Source: Chitinophagales bacterium
Lineage (GTDB): Bacteria > Bacteroidota > Bacteroidia > Chitinophagales > JADIYW01
Reading direction: 5' to 3'
NCBI GenBank assembly: GCA_035339455.1
Contig: DAOQII010000001.1
Coordinates: 12,425 to 47,160, forward strand
DNA length: 34,736 nt
Part shown: piece after piece, positions 8,287-18,800 of the stretch
Position numbering within the stretch: the stretch's first letter is position 1
Layout: each line of letters starts with the position of its first letter
Notes under the pieces: generated by a model
The model's database searches: none
Told to the model about the DNA's origin: nothing
Seen by the model: only the letters and a program-made list of their open reading frames with translations
Made by a program: the position numbers and the translations under genes

Positions 8287-9642
8287 TCACCTCTTCTTTA
8301 AGCCCAGATTCTCTAGTTTCTCTTCTAATTGTTTCTTGGAAATTCCGATATCGTCAGCCGTTTTGGAGGTGTTCCACTCATTTTTATTAAGTTTATGTTC
8401 AATAAAACTGCGTTCAGTATAATCTTGTATCTGCTGCAAATTGGCAAATTTATCATAGTCAATTCCCTTGCTTTCTGCCTTGCCACTCGGTCCGGAGTAA
8501 TCCAACACATCCTGTTTGGTAATTGTCTTATCACTCATAATAATCAATCGCTCCACTACATTGCGCAGCTCCCGTATATTTCCTGTCCAGTTGCGCGCTT
8601 GTAGCGTTTCCAGTGCGTCATTATTTATTTTTTTCACCGGAATCCCATATTCTCCGCAAATTTCTTGTAAAAAATGATCGACTAAAACCGGAATATCATC
8701 ACGGCGTTCATTCAGCGAGGGCACATGTATTAAAATTACACTCAGACGGTGGTATAAATCAAGGCGGAATTTTCCTTCCTCCACTTCTTTAAGCAAATCT
8801 TTATTGGTAGCCGCCACCACACGCACATCTACTTTTTCCTCTTTATCGCCACCAACTTTAGTAATTTTATTTTCTTGCAAAGCACGCAATACTTTTGCCT
8901 GCGCCGACAAGCTCATATCGCCAATTTCATCCAAAAACAAAGTACCGCCATTAGCTTGTTCAAACTTGCCCACCCGTTGTTTTATGGCAGATGTAAAAGC
9001 CCCTTTTTCATGCCCGAACAATTCGCTTTCTATTAACTCTGACGGAATAGCGGCACAGTTTACCTCCACTAACGGCCCGCCAGAACGATTGCTTTGTTCG
9101 TGTAGCCATCGAGCGACCAGCTCTTTTCCGCTTCCATTATCGCCGGTTATCAATACACGGGCTTCTGTTGGAGCAACTTTAGCTATGGTGTCTTTTATTT
9201 TTGTAATGGGTGAAGAAATGCCGACCATATCTTTCGACTTTGCAATTTTCTTTTTTAAGATTTTTGTTTCAGACACTAAAGAAACTTTATCCATGGCATT
9301 GCGCAGTGTAATCAGCAGCCTGTTCAAATCCGGTGGTTTGGGAATGTAATCAAACGCACCTTTTTTAACTGCCTCTACGGCTGTTTCCAAATTTCCATGA
9401 CCTGACAATACAATTACAGGAGTGTCTAAGCCCTTTTGTTGCATTTCAGTCAATACTTCAATGCCGTCTTTTTTTGGCATTTTAATATCCAAAATAATGA
9501 CATCATAATTGCCTTTTTCTATTTTGGACAATCCGGCTTCACCGTCTTCGGCTTCATCAATCTCATACTTTTCATATTCGAGAATATCTTTCAAGGTGCG
9601 GCGAATGGCGCGTTCATCATCTATAATTAAAACTTTAGGCAT
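8287..9642 (-). CDS. sigma-54-dependent response regulator (NtrC/Fis family)
   Basis: Receiver domain (VLIIDDE...ILDIKMPKKDG), AAA+ sigma-54 interaction domain (Walker A GDNGSGKE, loop GAFTSA, ELRN) and a C-terminal HTH. Confidence 0.9.
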   Translation of the reverse strand: MPKVLIIDDERAIRRTLKDILEYEKYEIDEAEDGEAGLSKIEKGNYDVIILDIKMPKKDGIEVLTEMQQKGLDTPVIVLSGHGNLETAVEAVKKGAFDYIPKPPDLNRLLITLRNAMDKVSLVSETKILKKKIAKSKDMVGISSPITKIKDTIAKVAPTEARVLITGDNGSGKELVARWLHEQSNRSGGPLVEVNCAAIPSELIESELFGHEKGAFTSAIKQRVGKFEQANGGTLFLDEIGDMSLSAQAKVLRALQENKITKVGGDKEEKVDVRVVAATNKDLLKEVEEGKFRLDLYHRLSVILIHVPSLNERRDDIPVLVDHFLQEICGEYGIPVKKINNDALETLQARNWTGNIRELRNVVERLIIMSDKTITKQDVLDYSGPSGKAESKGIDYDKFANLQQIQDYTERSFIEHKLNKNEWNTSKTADDIGISKKQLEEKLENLGLKKR

Positions 9643-9680
9643 ATGGATATAACATTTTTAAATTCAAAATCTGTTGCTGA

Positions 9681-9688
9681 CAAAGCTA
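9681..9688 (-). promoter_or_regulatory. -7 box TAGCTTTG
   Basis: Exact TAnnTTTG on the minus strand, 38 nt upstream of ATG 9642. Confidence 0.4.
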
Positions 9689-9729
9689 AGGAAAAATTAT
9701 GAGTTCTTTGAAGTGGGAAAGTGCAATCA

Positions 9730-10659
9730 CTATTTCCGCTCCCAGTAGTTCACCTCATTTATATCATGCAGGATATTTAGATAATTTTCATAGCGGGTTA
9801 ATGCAATCTTGCCGTCTTCTACCGCTTTGATAACGGCACAATTAGGTTCTTGCACATGCATGCAATTATTATACTGGCAAGATTCGGCATACTTTTTTAT
9901 CTCGCTAAAATAGCCGGATACTTCTTCGGGCTCAATATGTAATGTGGCAAATTCTTTTATGCCCGGCGTATCTATTACATAGCTATTGTCAAATACTTCA
10001 AACATGGTGGCAAAGGTGGTGGTATGCATCCCTTTATTCCATTTTTCCGAGATTTTTCCGGTCTTCAAATTCAAATCCGGATTCAATGCATTGAGCAAGG
10101 TACTTTTACCTACACCGGAATGTCCGGCAATTAAGCTGGTTTTATCTTGCACTAAATCATGAAATTGCAAGATATCATTCGGATTTTGTGCACTCAAAGC
10201 TAATACTGGAATGCCGATTTCCGGATAAATCTGTTGCATAATTTCCAGTTGCTTGTTGTCTTTTTCAGTGTGTAAATCCACTTTATTGACAATAATAACT
10301 ACCGGAATATGAAAGGAAGCTGCAGAACAAATAAAGCGATCGATGAAGCCCAAAGACGTTCGGGGCTTAGAAACAGTAGCCACTAATATAGCCTGATTAA
10401 TATTGGATGCCAGAATATGACGCTGGTGCTTTTGACGGGGCGACTGGCGGATGATATAATTTTCTCTCGGCAATATTTCTGCAATAACAAATTCGCCGTT
10501 TTCAGTTTTTTCCAATACCACAAAATCGCCAACGGCTATCGGGTTCGTGGTATCGATATCACTCAGTTTAAACTTGCCTTTCAGCCTGCAAGTAATCACC
10601 TTACCCTCTGCAAGTACCTGATACCATGATCCTGTTGTTTGTATAACTCTGCCTGTCAT
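9730..10659 (-). CDS. rsgA: ribosome small-subunit-dependent GTPase A
   Basis: OB-fold N-terminus (GSWYQV), circularly permuted GTPase motifs (NKVD ... GHSGVGKSTLLNAL) and a C-terminal Cys/His zinc cluster (CQYNNCMHVQEPNCAV). Confidence 0.9.
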   Translation of the reverse strand: MTGRVIQTTGSWYQVLAEGKVITCRLKGKFKLSDIDTTNPIAVGDFVVLEKTENGEFVIAEILPRENYIIRQSPRQKHQRHILASNINQAILVATVSKPRTSLGFIDRFICSAASFHIPVVIIVNKVDLHTEKDNKQLEIMQQIYPEIGIPVLALSAQNPNDILQFHDLVQDKTSLIAGHSGVGKSTLLNALNPDLNLKTGKISEKWNKGMHTTTFATMFEVFDNSYVIDTPGIKEFATLHIEPEEVSGYFSEIKKYAESCQYNNCMHVQEPNCAVIKAVEDGKIALTRYENYLNILHDINEVNYWERK

Positions 10660-10674
10660 TGCAATATCGTGTGA

Positions 10675-12099
10675 TTAATCATTTTTTGCCTGATCGGCAA
10701 TTTCTCTTTCAATATGTTTTAATTCTACTTTCACCTTATACTTATCTCGGATATGCTTAGCTGTTTGTTCGGCACAATATACACTTCTGTGTTGTCCGCC
10801 TGTGCAACCGAAATTAATTTGCAGATGATCAAAATCGCGCTCTAAATAATTTTGTATGGTCAAATCTATAGTCTGCCAAATGGTATCTAAAAATGATTTT
10901 ACATTCGATTGTGTTTCTAAAAATTCTATCACCGGCTGGTCTTTACCTGTTAGTTGTTTATAAGGCTCATATCTACCCGGATTGTGCAAGCCTCTGCAAT
11001 CAAAAACAAATCCTCCGCCATTACCATGCTCTTCTTTCGGTATTCCTCGCTTAAATGAAAAACTATTGACTTCAACAATCAATCTTTTATGACTGCCATC
11101 ATACTGAATATATTTAAAAATATCCGACTCGGTCAATTGCTGCAATACGCTTTTTAATTCAGGCAAATCTTTTATGTGCGGAATAAAAATCTTCAGATTT
11201 TCTAATGCCGGAATGATACTTTGAATAAAGTGAGGACGACGTTCAATTAAACCTCGGAAACCATAAGCTCCTAATACCTGCAAGAGTCTGATTAAAACAA
11301 AACCCTGATATCGCTCTCTAAAATCAGCTTCATCTATGGCAACGTGTTTTTTTACTTCGTTCACATAAAAGTCGAAGAGTTCTTGCCTCAAATCCATAGG
11401 TATTTTTGCTCCGGCTTGCCATAATAAACTGGCGCAATCATATTGCAAGGCTCCTCTTCTACCGCCTTGAAAATCTATAAAATAAGGTTCTTCATTTTTT
11501 ATCATGATGTTTCGGCTTTGACAGTCGCGAAACATAAAATAGAGATGTCTTTCGTTGAGCAGGTAATCCGTGAGTTTGTGAAAATCTTTATTGAGTTCTG
11601 TTTCATTAAAATGCACTCTGGCTACCCTTGCAAAATAATATTTAAACGAGTTTAAATCCCAAAACATACTGGATTTATCAAATGCATTTATGGGGTAACA
11701 TTTATTAAAATCAAAATCTTCTGCTCCTATTATTTGCAAATAAGCCAGTCGTTCTAAAGATTTTTTGAACAAGCTGATGACACGTTCGCTCATTCCTTCT
11801 TGCTGAATTACTGAATACAAAGACACATCCCCTAAATCTTCTTGCAAATAATAATGGTGGTCTTGAGAGGCTGCAAAAACTTGAGGTACTGCTACATCTT
11901 TACTATGAAAGTGCACCGCCATGTAAATAAATGTTTCATTCTCTTTTATATCCGCACTGTAAGTTCCGACTACACGGTGTTCTTTATTACTCAGACGATA
12001 ATATATCCTGTCTGACCCTGACTGTGGCAGTTTATTAATTACATCAGCTTCGTGATTAAAGCTAGATTGAAAGAGTGCTTTTAATGCTGTTTCGTGCAT
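10675..12099 (-). CDS. fusion protein: AmgK/APH-like kinase domain plus RapZ C-terminal domain
   Basis: The N-terminal ~330 aa carry an APH-fold catalytic loop FRDCQSRNIMI and FIDFQGG, resembling HRDxxSRN / IDFQD of anomeric amino-sugar kinases. The C-terminal ~140 aa (FDCRGLHNPGRYEPYKQLTGKD...FGCTGGQHRSVYCAEQ) match the RapZ/YvcJ C-terminal signature. Confidence 0.75.
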   Translation of the reverse strand: MHETALKALFQSSFNHEADVINKLPQSGSDRIYYRLSNKEHRVVGTYSADIKENETFIYMAVHFHSKDVAVPQVFAASQDHHYYLQEDLGDVSLYSVIQQEGMSERVISLFKKSLERLAYLQIIGAEDFDFNKCYPINAFDKSSMFWDLNSFKYYFARVARVHFNETELNKDFHKLTDYLLNERHLYFMFRDCQSRNIMIKNEEPYFIDFQGGRRGALQYDCASLLWQAGAKIPMDLRQELFDFYVNEVKKHVAIDEADFRERYQGFVLIRLLQVLGAYGFRGLIERRPHFIQSIIPALENLKIFIPHIKDLPELKSVLQQLTESDIFKYIQYDGSHKRLIVEVNSFSFKRGIPKEEHGNGGGFVFDCRGLHNPGRYEPYKQLTGKDQPVIEFLETQSNVKSFLDTIWQTIDLTIQNYLERDFDHLQINFGCTGGQHRSVYCAEQTAKHIRDKYKVKVELKHIEREIADQAKND

Positions 12100-12103
12100 A
12101 GCT

Positions 12104-12111
12104 CAAACATA
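12104..12111 (-). promoter_or_regulatory. -7 box TATGTTTG abutting the start codon
   Basis: Minus strand reads TATGTTTG-AGCT-ATG. Confidence 0.4.
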
Positions 12112-12271
12112 CAGAAAATATGGGAAAAGTGAAAGGCAAGATGAGAACGAAGGTAAATTCAACCAGTAACTGCTTGTCAAGAAATAATTATAAAATAAAC
12201 TGATACCGCATTGAACCCTAAAATATTAGTTACTTTGTCTTTATAAAAAATTGTTTTTTACAGAAAATAAA

Positions 12272-13015
12272 ATGACATCAAGAAAGCTCATATTAGTAGG
12301 TGCAGGTCCCGGCGATCCTGAATTAATTTCTCTAAAGGGTATTCGTGCTTTGCAACAAGCTAACGTGGTTATGTATGATGCCTTAGTAAGTGAACAATTG
12401 CTGGATTATGCACCAAATGCCATAAAAATCTTTTGTGGCAAACGAGCCGGTTCACACTACATGAAACAAGATGAAATTAACCAACTGATAGTAGAGCAAG
12501 CTGAAACACACGGCACAGTGGTTCGGTTAAAAGGTGGCGATCCTTTTGTTTTTGGACGGGGACATGAAGAAATAGCTTACGCAGAAAAACACGGAATTTT
12601 TACAGAAGTCATTCCCGGAATTTCAAGTGCCACTGCACTTTCTTCACAACATAAAATTCCGCTTACACATAGAGGCATTACCGAAAGTGTATGGATTACC
12701 ACCGGGACTACCTCTTGTGGCAAACTCTCTGATGATATTGAACTGGCGGCACAATCCAATGCAACAGTAGTGATACTGATGGGCATCGGAAAAATAGATG
12801 AAATCATAACTATTTTTACAAAATACAAACCGCAAGATTTTCCAATCGCCATTATTCAAAATGGAACTTTAGCCACTGAAAAAATAATAAGCGGACAACT
12901 CAATACGATAAGTGAATGGGTAAAACAAGAACAAATAAGTGCGCCTGCCGTAATAATTATCGGAAAAGTAACGGCATTAAATAATTTATCATTTCCACAA
13001 ACAGAAAACGAATAA
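12272..13015 (+). CDS. cobA: uroporphyrinogen-III C-methyltransferase (SUMT)
   Basis: LVGAGPGDPELISLKGIRALQQANVVMYDALV and VVRLKGGDPFVFGRG motifs. ATG 12272 is preferred over the upstream TTG at 12251. Confidence 0.9.
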   Translation: MTSRKLILVGAGPGDPELISLKGIRALQQANVVMYDALVSEQLLDYAPNAIKIFCGKRAGSHYMKQDEINQLIVEQAETHGTVVRLKGGDPFVFGRGHEEIAYAEKHGIFTEVIPGISSATALSSQHKIPLTHRGITESVWITTGTTSCGKLSDDIELAAQSNATVVILMGIGKIDEIITIFTKYKPQDFPIAIIQNGTLATEKIISGQLNTISEWVKQEQISAPAVIIIGKVTALNNLSFPQTENE

Positions 13016-13016
13016 A

Positions 13017-13598
13017 TTGAACACGCTTTATCCCATATTTTTAAACACAGCAAACATCAGGATATTGCTTGTCGGTGGCGGACATACGGCAAAAGAGAAA
13101 TTACATTTTTTGCTAAAAAACTCTCCGGATGCCCAAATTACATTAGTAGCAAAAGCAGTCATAGCAGATATTTTGCCGGATGAAAATCTTGCAAAAAATT
13201 TCGTTACGATTCTCCAACGAGAATTTGAACCCGCTGACCTGCATGGAATACATATCGTCATAGCGGCGACAGATAATCCTGTTTTACACCAGGAAATTTA
13301 TCAACTTTGCAAAACTAAAAACATCCTGATCAATGTGGCCGACACGCCTGCTTTATGCGATTTTTATCTAGGCAGCATCGTTACCAAAGGGGATATAAAG
13401 ATTGCTATTTCTACAAATGGGAAATCGCCCACTTTAGCGAAACGTCTGCGCGAGTATTTTGAAGACATATTACCTGATGAAATAGCAACATTAGCCGATA
13501 ATCTGAACAGCTACCGGAATGAAATAAAAGGCGATTTGCAAGATAAAATACGCAAGCTGAATGAATTGACACGGTCTTTCTTAAAACCGAAAGAATAA
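13017..13598 (+). CDS. precorrin-2 dehydrogenase / sirohydrochlorin ferrochelatase (CysG N-terminal-domain type)
   Basis: Rossmann-type ILLVGGGHTAKEKL, then ATDNPVLHQEI...NVADTPALCDFY...IAISTNGKSPTLAKRLR, typical of the siroheme synthase N-domain. TTG start lies one nt after the cobA stop. Confidence 0.8.
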   Translation: MNTLYPIFLNTANIRILLVGGGHTAKEKLHFLLKNSPDAQITLVAKAVIADILPDENLAKNFVTILQREFEPADLHGIHIVIAATDNPVLHQEIYQLCKTKNILINVADTPALCDFYLGSIVTKGDIKIAISTNGKSPTLAKRLREYFEDILPDEIATLADNLNSYRNEIKGDLQDKIRKLNELTRSFLKPKE

Positions 13599-13610
13599 TT
13601 ATATTTAAAC

Positions 13611-14300
13611 ATGGAAAAAATACAACTCCCTTTACTTAGCCGAACGATGGATGCTTATTTTTATGCGGCTTCAGGAGAAGAAAAACGCCCCGGCATCTTA
13701 TTTCTTCCCGACCTGACCGGCATACAGAAAACCACACATAAGTCTGCAAAGATTTTAAGTGAAGAAGGCAATTTCAATGTAATGATTCCTGACTTGTACA
13801 GTGGAGGTGTCAATATGTCGAAATACTGTATGCAATTTTTTTTCAACGGTTTGGTTCGCAATAACGAGCCTACAGGCAACGCCCCGTTAATTGAATTTTT
13901 TGAGATTCTAGACCAATTCAAATCATTCCAGGAAGTAGATGCAAACGCGATTGGCGTTGTAGGCCAATGCCTCACCGGGGGTTTTGTTCTTCATGCAGCT
14001 ATTCGCCCTGAAGTGAAAGCACCGGTTGTTTTTCATCATTCATTTGGTCAAAAAGGCAGCGGTATTCCCAAAAGCTGTTCGGCTATGGTGCAAAATAAAG
14101 TACAGGGTCATTTTGTTTATGTTGACGGCTTTTGCCCGGTGTGGCGTGTACGAAAATTAGAAAATGAACTCGGCGAAAATCTGGAAACGCATTGGTATAA
14201 TTTGCCGCACGGTATTCCGCATTTGTTTTTTAATAATGAACAAGGCAAAAAGGCGTTTGAACGCATGTGTACTTTTTTTGAAGACCAATTAAATTCGTGA
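13611..14300 (+). CDS. dienelactone hydrolase family protein
   Basis: MDAYFY...[13 protein letters not shown] and a Cys nucleophile elbow G-Q-C-L-T-G-G; typical length. Confidence 0.75.
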   Translation: MEKIQLPLLSRTMDAYFYAASGEEKRPGILFLPDLTGIQKTTHKSAKILSEEGNFNVMIPDLYSGGVNMSKYCMQFFFNGLVRNNEPTGNAPLIEFFEILDQFKSFQEVDANAIGVVGQCLTGGFVLHAAIRPEVKAPVVFHHSFGQKGSGIPKSCSAMVQNKVQGHFVYVDGFCPVWRVRKLENELGENLETHWYNLPHGIPHLFFNNEQGKKAFERMCTFFEDQLNS

Positions 14301-14539
14301 CAGTGAAAAATGCATTTAAAAACATATTGATTTTTCCTTTTATCTTATTGATTAAAGTCTATCAGATCGGCCTATCGCCGATGCTGGGGCCCAACAAATG
14401 CCGTTATCAGCCTACCTGTTCAAATTATGCGCTTGAAGCTTTAAAAAAACATGGTCTTTTCAAGGGCGGCTATCTGGCAACTAAGCGAATATTATCATGC
14501 CATCCCTGGGGGGGAAGTGGTTATGACCCGGTGCCTTAA
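14297..14539 (+). CDS. yidD: membrane protein insertion efficiency factor YidD
   Basis: [28 protein letters not shown]...RILSCHPW signature. GTG start overlaps the upstream stop; an alternative in-frame GTG is at 14303. Confidence 0.85.
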   Translation: MTVKNAFKNILIFPFILLIKVYQIGLSPMLGPNKCRYQPTCSNYALEALKKHGLFKGGYLATKRILSCHPWGGSGYDPVP

Positions 14540-14551
14540 AAAATATTAATA

Positions 14552-15865
14552 CTATTTGATTTGTACAAAATTATCCGTGAGTCTGCGTAATTCTATTTCT
14601 GCTAATTTTGCTGTATAACGTGCAAGAATCACATTGAACAATGCCATTTCATAACTGCTTTGGGCAGTTTTCACTTCCAACGTTGTTGTTTGGTTCAGGC
14701 GAAAACGCTGCATGGATAATTGTACATTTTCATCGGCTGTTTTTACGGCATCTTCATTCAATTTCAAAACAGTTTTTGCATACTCGTAGTTTTTATAAGC
14801 ATTATACACTTTTTGCTGTAAGTCGTTTTTTAGTTGGCTAACTACCAGTTCTTTAACGGCAATATTAACGGCACTTGCTTCCAATTGTTTTTTTATAATA
14901 CCACCATTATAAATGGGAATAACAGCATTTATCCCCACTGTTGGACCGTATGATCGATTGACCAATTGCAAACCTGCCTTGCTGTTATTCTGATTGAAAT
15001 TATATCCGGTACTAAAATTTATAATTGGCAGTTTTTGTGCTGTAATTTCTTTGTGCTGTAATTTGGCAATATCTATATTTTTTTGTGCAGATAAAATGCT
15101 GAAATTATTCAAAGTCGTATCTTTCAGTTGTTGTAAGTCGGCTTGATAATTCATAGCAAACGTATCAATCACATCAAAACCTGTTTCTGCATCTCTTGAT
15201 AGTAAATTATTTAAAACGGCCTTACTTTGTTGTAAAACAAAATCCTGTTTTACGATAGCTGCTTTTTGTGTTATTAAATCAACCTGAGCTTGTAACAAAG
15301 GTGTTTTGTCACTATAACCCACGTCTAGTTTTTTTTGTGATAAGTTCACGCGTTCTTCATACAATTTCACCCATTCATACATGGCTTTGAGCTGTTGTTT
15401 TTGTCTTACAATTTCAAAATAAGCCGCTAAAGTTTGGGCAATTGTATTTTGTATTTGCTCTTTCAATTGCAGTTCGCCTAAGACTTGCAAGGCTTGTAAT
15501 CTGTCTTTCGTTGCAAACATTTTCAATCCATCAAAAGCAGTCCAGTTCAGATTCAGTCCGGCATTAAAACTATTTACAGGCACCCAGTTTTTATTGGTTA
15601 CCGTTCCGGTACTTAATTCTTGATGGATATTACTCAGATTAAATACATCGCCCGTTGTTACATTTATTTTGGGCAGCATACCTGCAGCTCCTTTGTTGTT
15701 GTTGATGCGCAAAATATCAGCTTCATTTTTTGCCAAAATAATATCGTAATTATTTTTTACGGCATAAGCAACTGCATCTTCCGGCGTGAGTAAATCTTGT
15801 GCTGATGCTGAAATTATCAGGCTGAGCAAGTATAATAATGCTGTTATCTTTTTAAATCTGGTCAT
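14552..15865 (-). CDS. TolC-family outer-membrane efflux protein
   Basis: Signal peptide and two-repeat coiled-coil/beta architecture (LTPEDAVAYAVKNNYDI..., ...QVDLITQK..., ...ARYTAKLAEIELRRL). Last gene of the RND operon. Confidence 0.85.
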   Translation of the reverse strand: MTRFKKITALLYLLSLIISASAQDLLTPEDAVAYAVKNNYDIILAKNEADILRINNNKGAAGMLPKINVTTGDVFNLSNIHQELSTGTVTNKNWVPVNSFNAGLNLNWTAFDGLKMFATKDRLQALQVLGELQLKEQIQNTIAQTLAAYFEIVRQKQQLKAMYEWVKLYEERVNLSQKKLDVGYSDKTPLLQAQVDLITQKAAIVKQDFVLQQSKAVLNNLLSRDAETGFDVIDTFAMNYQADLQQLKDTTLNNFSILSAQKNIDIAKLQHKEITAQKLPIINFSTGYNFNQNNSKAGLQLVNRSYGPTVGINAVIPIYNGGIIKKQLEASAVNIAVKELVVSQLKNDLQQKVYNAYKNYEYAKTVLKLNEDAVKTADENVQLSMQRFRLNQTTTLEVKTAQSSYEMALFNVILARYTAKLAEIELRRLTDNFVQIK

Positions 15866-15891
15866 ATTTAGATTTCGCTCATTAATAAAAA

Positions 15892-18800
15892 TTATTCTAT
15901 CGTATTCGCTTGCAAGGCTTCTTCTTTTTGTTCCGACTTAGTACGGGAGAAAAACACATACAAAGCCGGCACGACAAACAGTGTCAGGATTAATGAAAAC
16001 ATGATACCGCCAATAATGACAATCCCCAGAGAAGTCCTACTGGTAGAGCCTGCTCCAAGAGCCATTGCAATAGGTAATGCCCCTAATGCCATTGCCAGGC
16101 TTGTCATCAGTATAGGACGAAGGCGCATAGATGCGGCATAGATGGCAGCATCTATTTTTGACATTCCCAGTCTGCGATTGTGATTGGCAAATTCTACAAT
16201 TAAAATCCCGTTTTTAGTCACCAAACCTATCAGCATAATCATTCCGATTTGACTGAAGATATTCAGTGTTTTTCCGAATATCCAGAGGGATAAAAGTGCG
16301 CCTGCTAACGCCAGCGGCACAGTAATCATTATGATAAACGGATCGACAAAACTTTCAAATTGTGCAGCTAAAACCAAATAAATTAAAACCAATGCCAGAA
16401 TTAATGCAAACATCGTATTGGAGGAACTTTCAGCAAAATCGCGCGATGCTCCTGTGAGTGAAGTGGTAAATGAGGCATCCAGCACTTTTTTGGCTATCTT
16501 TTCCATTTCCTGTATACCGTCGCCAACAGTCTTTCCGGACGCCAATCCGCTTGATATCGTGGCAGATTTGTATCTGTTGTAATGATAGAGTTGTGGCGGT
16601 TTGGAGTAAGTTGAAATTGAAATTACATTGTCCAGCGAAATTAATTTTCCGGCATTATTGCGTACAAAGATTGATTTTAAATCATCCGGCTTATTGCGTT
16701 CCGCATACAAAGATTGTCCTAAAATCTGATATTGTTTTCCATTTCGCAAAAAATAGCCGAATCTTTTCCCGCTTAGTGCAAACTGTAAAGTTTGGGCGAT
16801 ATCTTGCGTAGTCAAACCCAAGCTCATTGCTTTTTCTTTATCTATGGTAATATCCACTTCGGGTTTATTAAACTTCAGATTTACATCCGCCCCGACAAAA
16901 ACAGGACTATTTGAAACCTCTTCCATAAATCTGGGAACTGCCTGCTGTATTTTATCAAAATCAAAATTTTGCAAAACAAATTGCACCGGCATGCCCATAC
17001 GAGCTGAACCTACCGAGATGGTTTGCTCCTCAATGACAAATGCTTTTCCAAAATTGAACTTCGCAAAATTTCTGTTTAAAGATTGTGCTATATCACTTTG
17101 CGACCGTGTGCGTTCTATTTTGTCTTTCAGGCGTATGCGCATAAAAGCAGAGTTCGCTGCTCCTGACCCGGCGAAACCTGGAGATGTTACACTCAGAACA
17201 ACCTTTTCTTCAGGTACTGAGTCCGTTACAAACTGTGATAAATTATCTACATAATTTTGCATAGCCGGATAAGCTGTACCTTCGGGTGCCGTTACCTGTA
17301 CCCGCAAAGAGCCTCTGTCTTCAAGTGGGGCAAGCTCTGTTTGCAGATTTTTCCCGATAAAATAAATCAACCCAAATGAGATTAAGACAATAACAAGGGC
17401 AATTCCTCTTACCTTCATAAAAGAAGTCAGCCATTCTTTATAGCCATCATCCAGTCCTTTAAACAGAGGTTCTGTTTTGTCGTAAAACCAGGAATGGGTA
17501 TGTACCTTTTTGCCTAAGTACACATTGAGTACCGGAGTAAGTGTAAGGGATACAAAAGCAGAAATCAATACGGCACCTGATACAACAATACCAAACTCTT
17601 TAAATAATTTCCCTACAAAGCCTTGCATGAAGATAACCGGCAGAAAGACGATGGCTAAGGTGATGGACGTAGAAACGACTGCAAAAAAGATTTCTTCCGA
17701 TCCTTCTCGGGCGGCCTGCATGCGAGGCATGCCTTTTTCTATCTTTTTAAAAATATTTTCGGTGACAACAATACCATCATCCACTACTAGGCCGGTTGCT
17801 AATACTATCGCTAACAGTGTTAATACATTGATGGTGAATCCGAAAATATACATAATAAAAAACGCACCTATTAATGAAACCGGAATGTCCAGTAATGGCC
17901 GAAGTGCGATTATCCAATCGCGGAAAAAGAGGTAAATAATCAGCACTACTAAAGCAATAGAAATCAGCAAGGTTTCTTTTACTTCTGAAATGGAGTTTTT
18001 GACAAATACTGTATTATCCAGAGCGATATTCAGTTGAATATCTGCCGGCACTTCTTTTTTTATTTTGTCTAACCTGCGGTAAAATTCATCTGCAATCTCT
18101 ACATAGTTTGCCCCCGGTTGCGGCACTAATGCCAAAGCAACCATACCGACTCCCTTTTCACGCAAGCTGGTTTCATAGTTATCGGTACCCAATTGTGCAT
18201 AGCCGACATCTTTTAGCCGAACTGTTTGTCCACCTACATCTTTTAATATCAGATTATTATATTCCAATTCTGTATTAAGTCTGCCGAGTGCATTTACATT
18301 GAGTTCGGTATTTTTTCCTGAAATTTTACCTGAAGGTAATTCCACATTCGATTTATTTACCGCATTTTGTACATCTATAGGGGTAAGCTGGTAAGCTGAT
18401 AATTTCTGAGGATCGAACCATAAACGCATGGCGTAATTTTTTTGTCCCCAAATCTGAATCGTACTGACACCGGGTATCGTTTGCAATCGTTGTTGCAATA
18501 CATTTACAGCATAATCATTCAGTTCCAATATATTCCTTGTATCACTTTGTACCGTCATGGAAACGATAGCGTCCGAATTGGCATCGGCTTTTGTAACCAC
18601 GGGAGGGGCATCTATATCTTGCGGGAGCTGCCGCATGGCTTGAGATACTTTATCGCGGACATCATTGGCGGCAGTTTCCAAATCAGCAGACAAATCAAAC
18701 TCAACCGTAATATTGGAAGTTCCCTGATTGCTGGCAGATGAAATAGTTCGGATTCCTTGCACACCATTAATGGCATTTTCCAATGGTTCGGTAATTTGCG

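Noticed and set aside
8804-9349. 181-aa plus-strand ORF antisense to the sigma-54 regulator. Similar antisense ORFs lie at 16844-17254, 17510-17935 and 19037-19423 in the RND and MFP genes.
   Set aside because: They are fully nested antisense to strongly motif-supported genes. Their composition is low-complexity and rich in Ser, Thr and Pro, with no start context. These are typical shadow ORFs.
12121-12215. Purine-rich tract GGGAAAAGTGAAAGGCAAG ... CTGATACCGC upstream of cobA, faintly reminiscent of cobalamin-riboswitch core elements
   Set aside because: It lacks the conserved GC-rich helices and a proper B12 box. Only imperfect -7-like sequences (for example TTACTTTG at 12232-12239) lie downstream of it, so I cannot place a promoter that would transcribe this tract. 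A siroheme-type SUMT is also not an expected B12-regulated gene.
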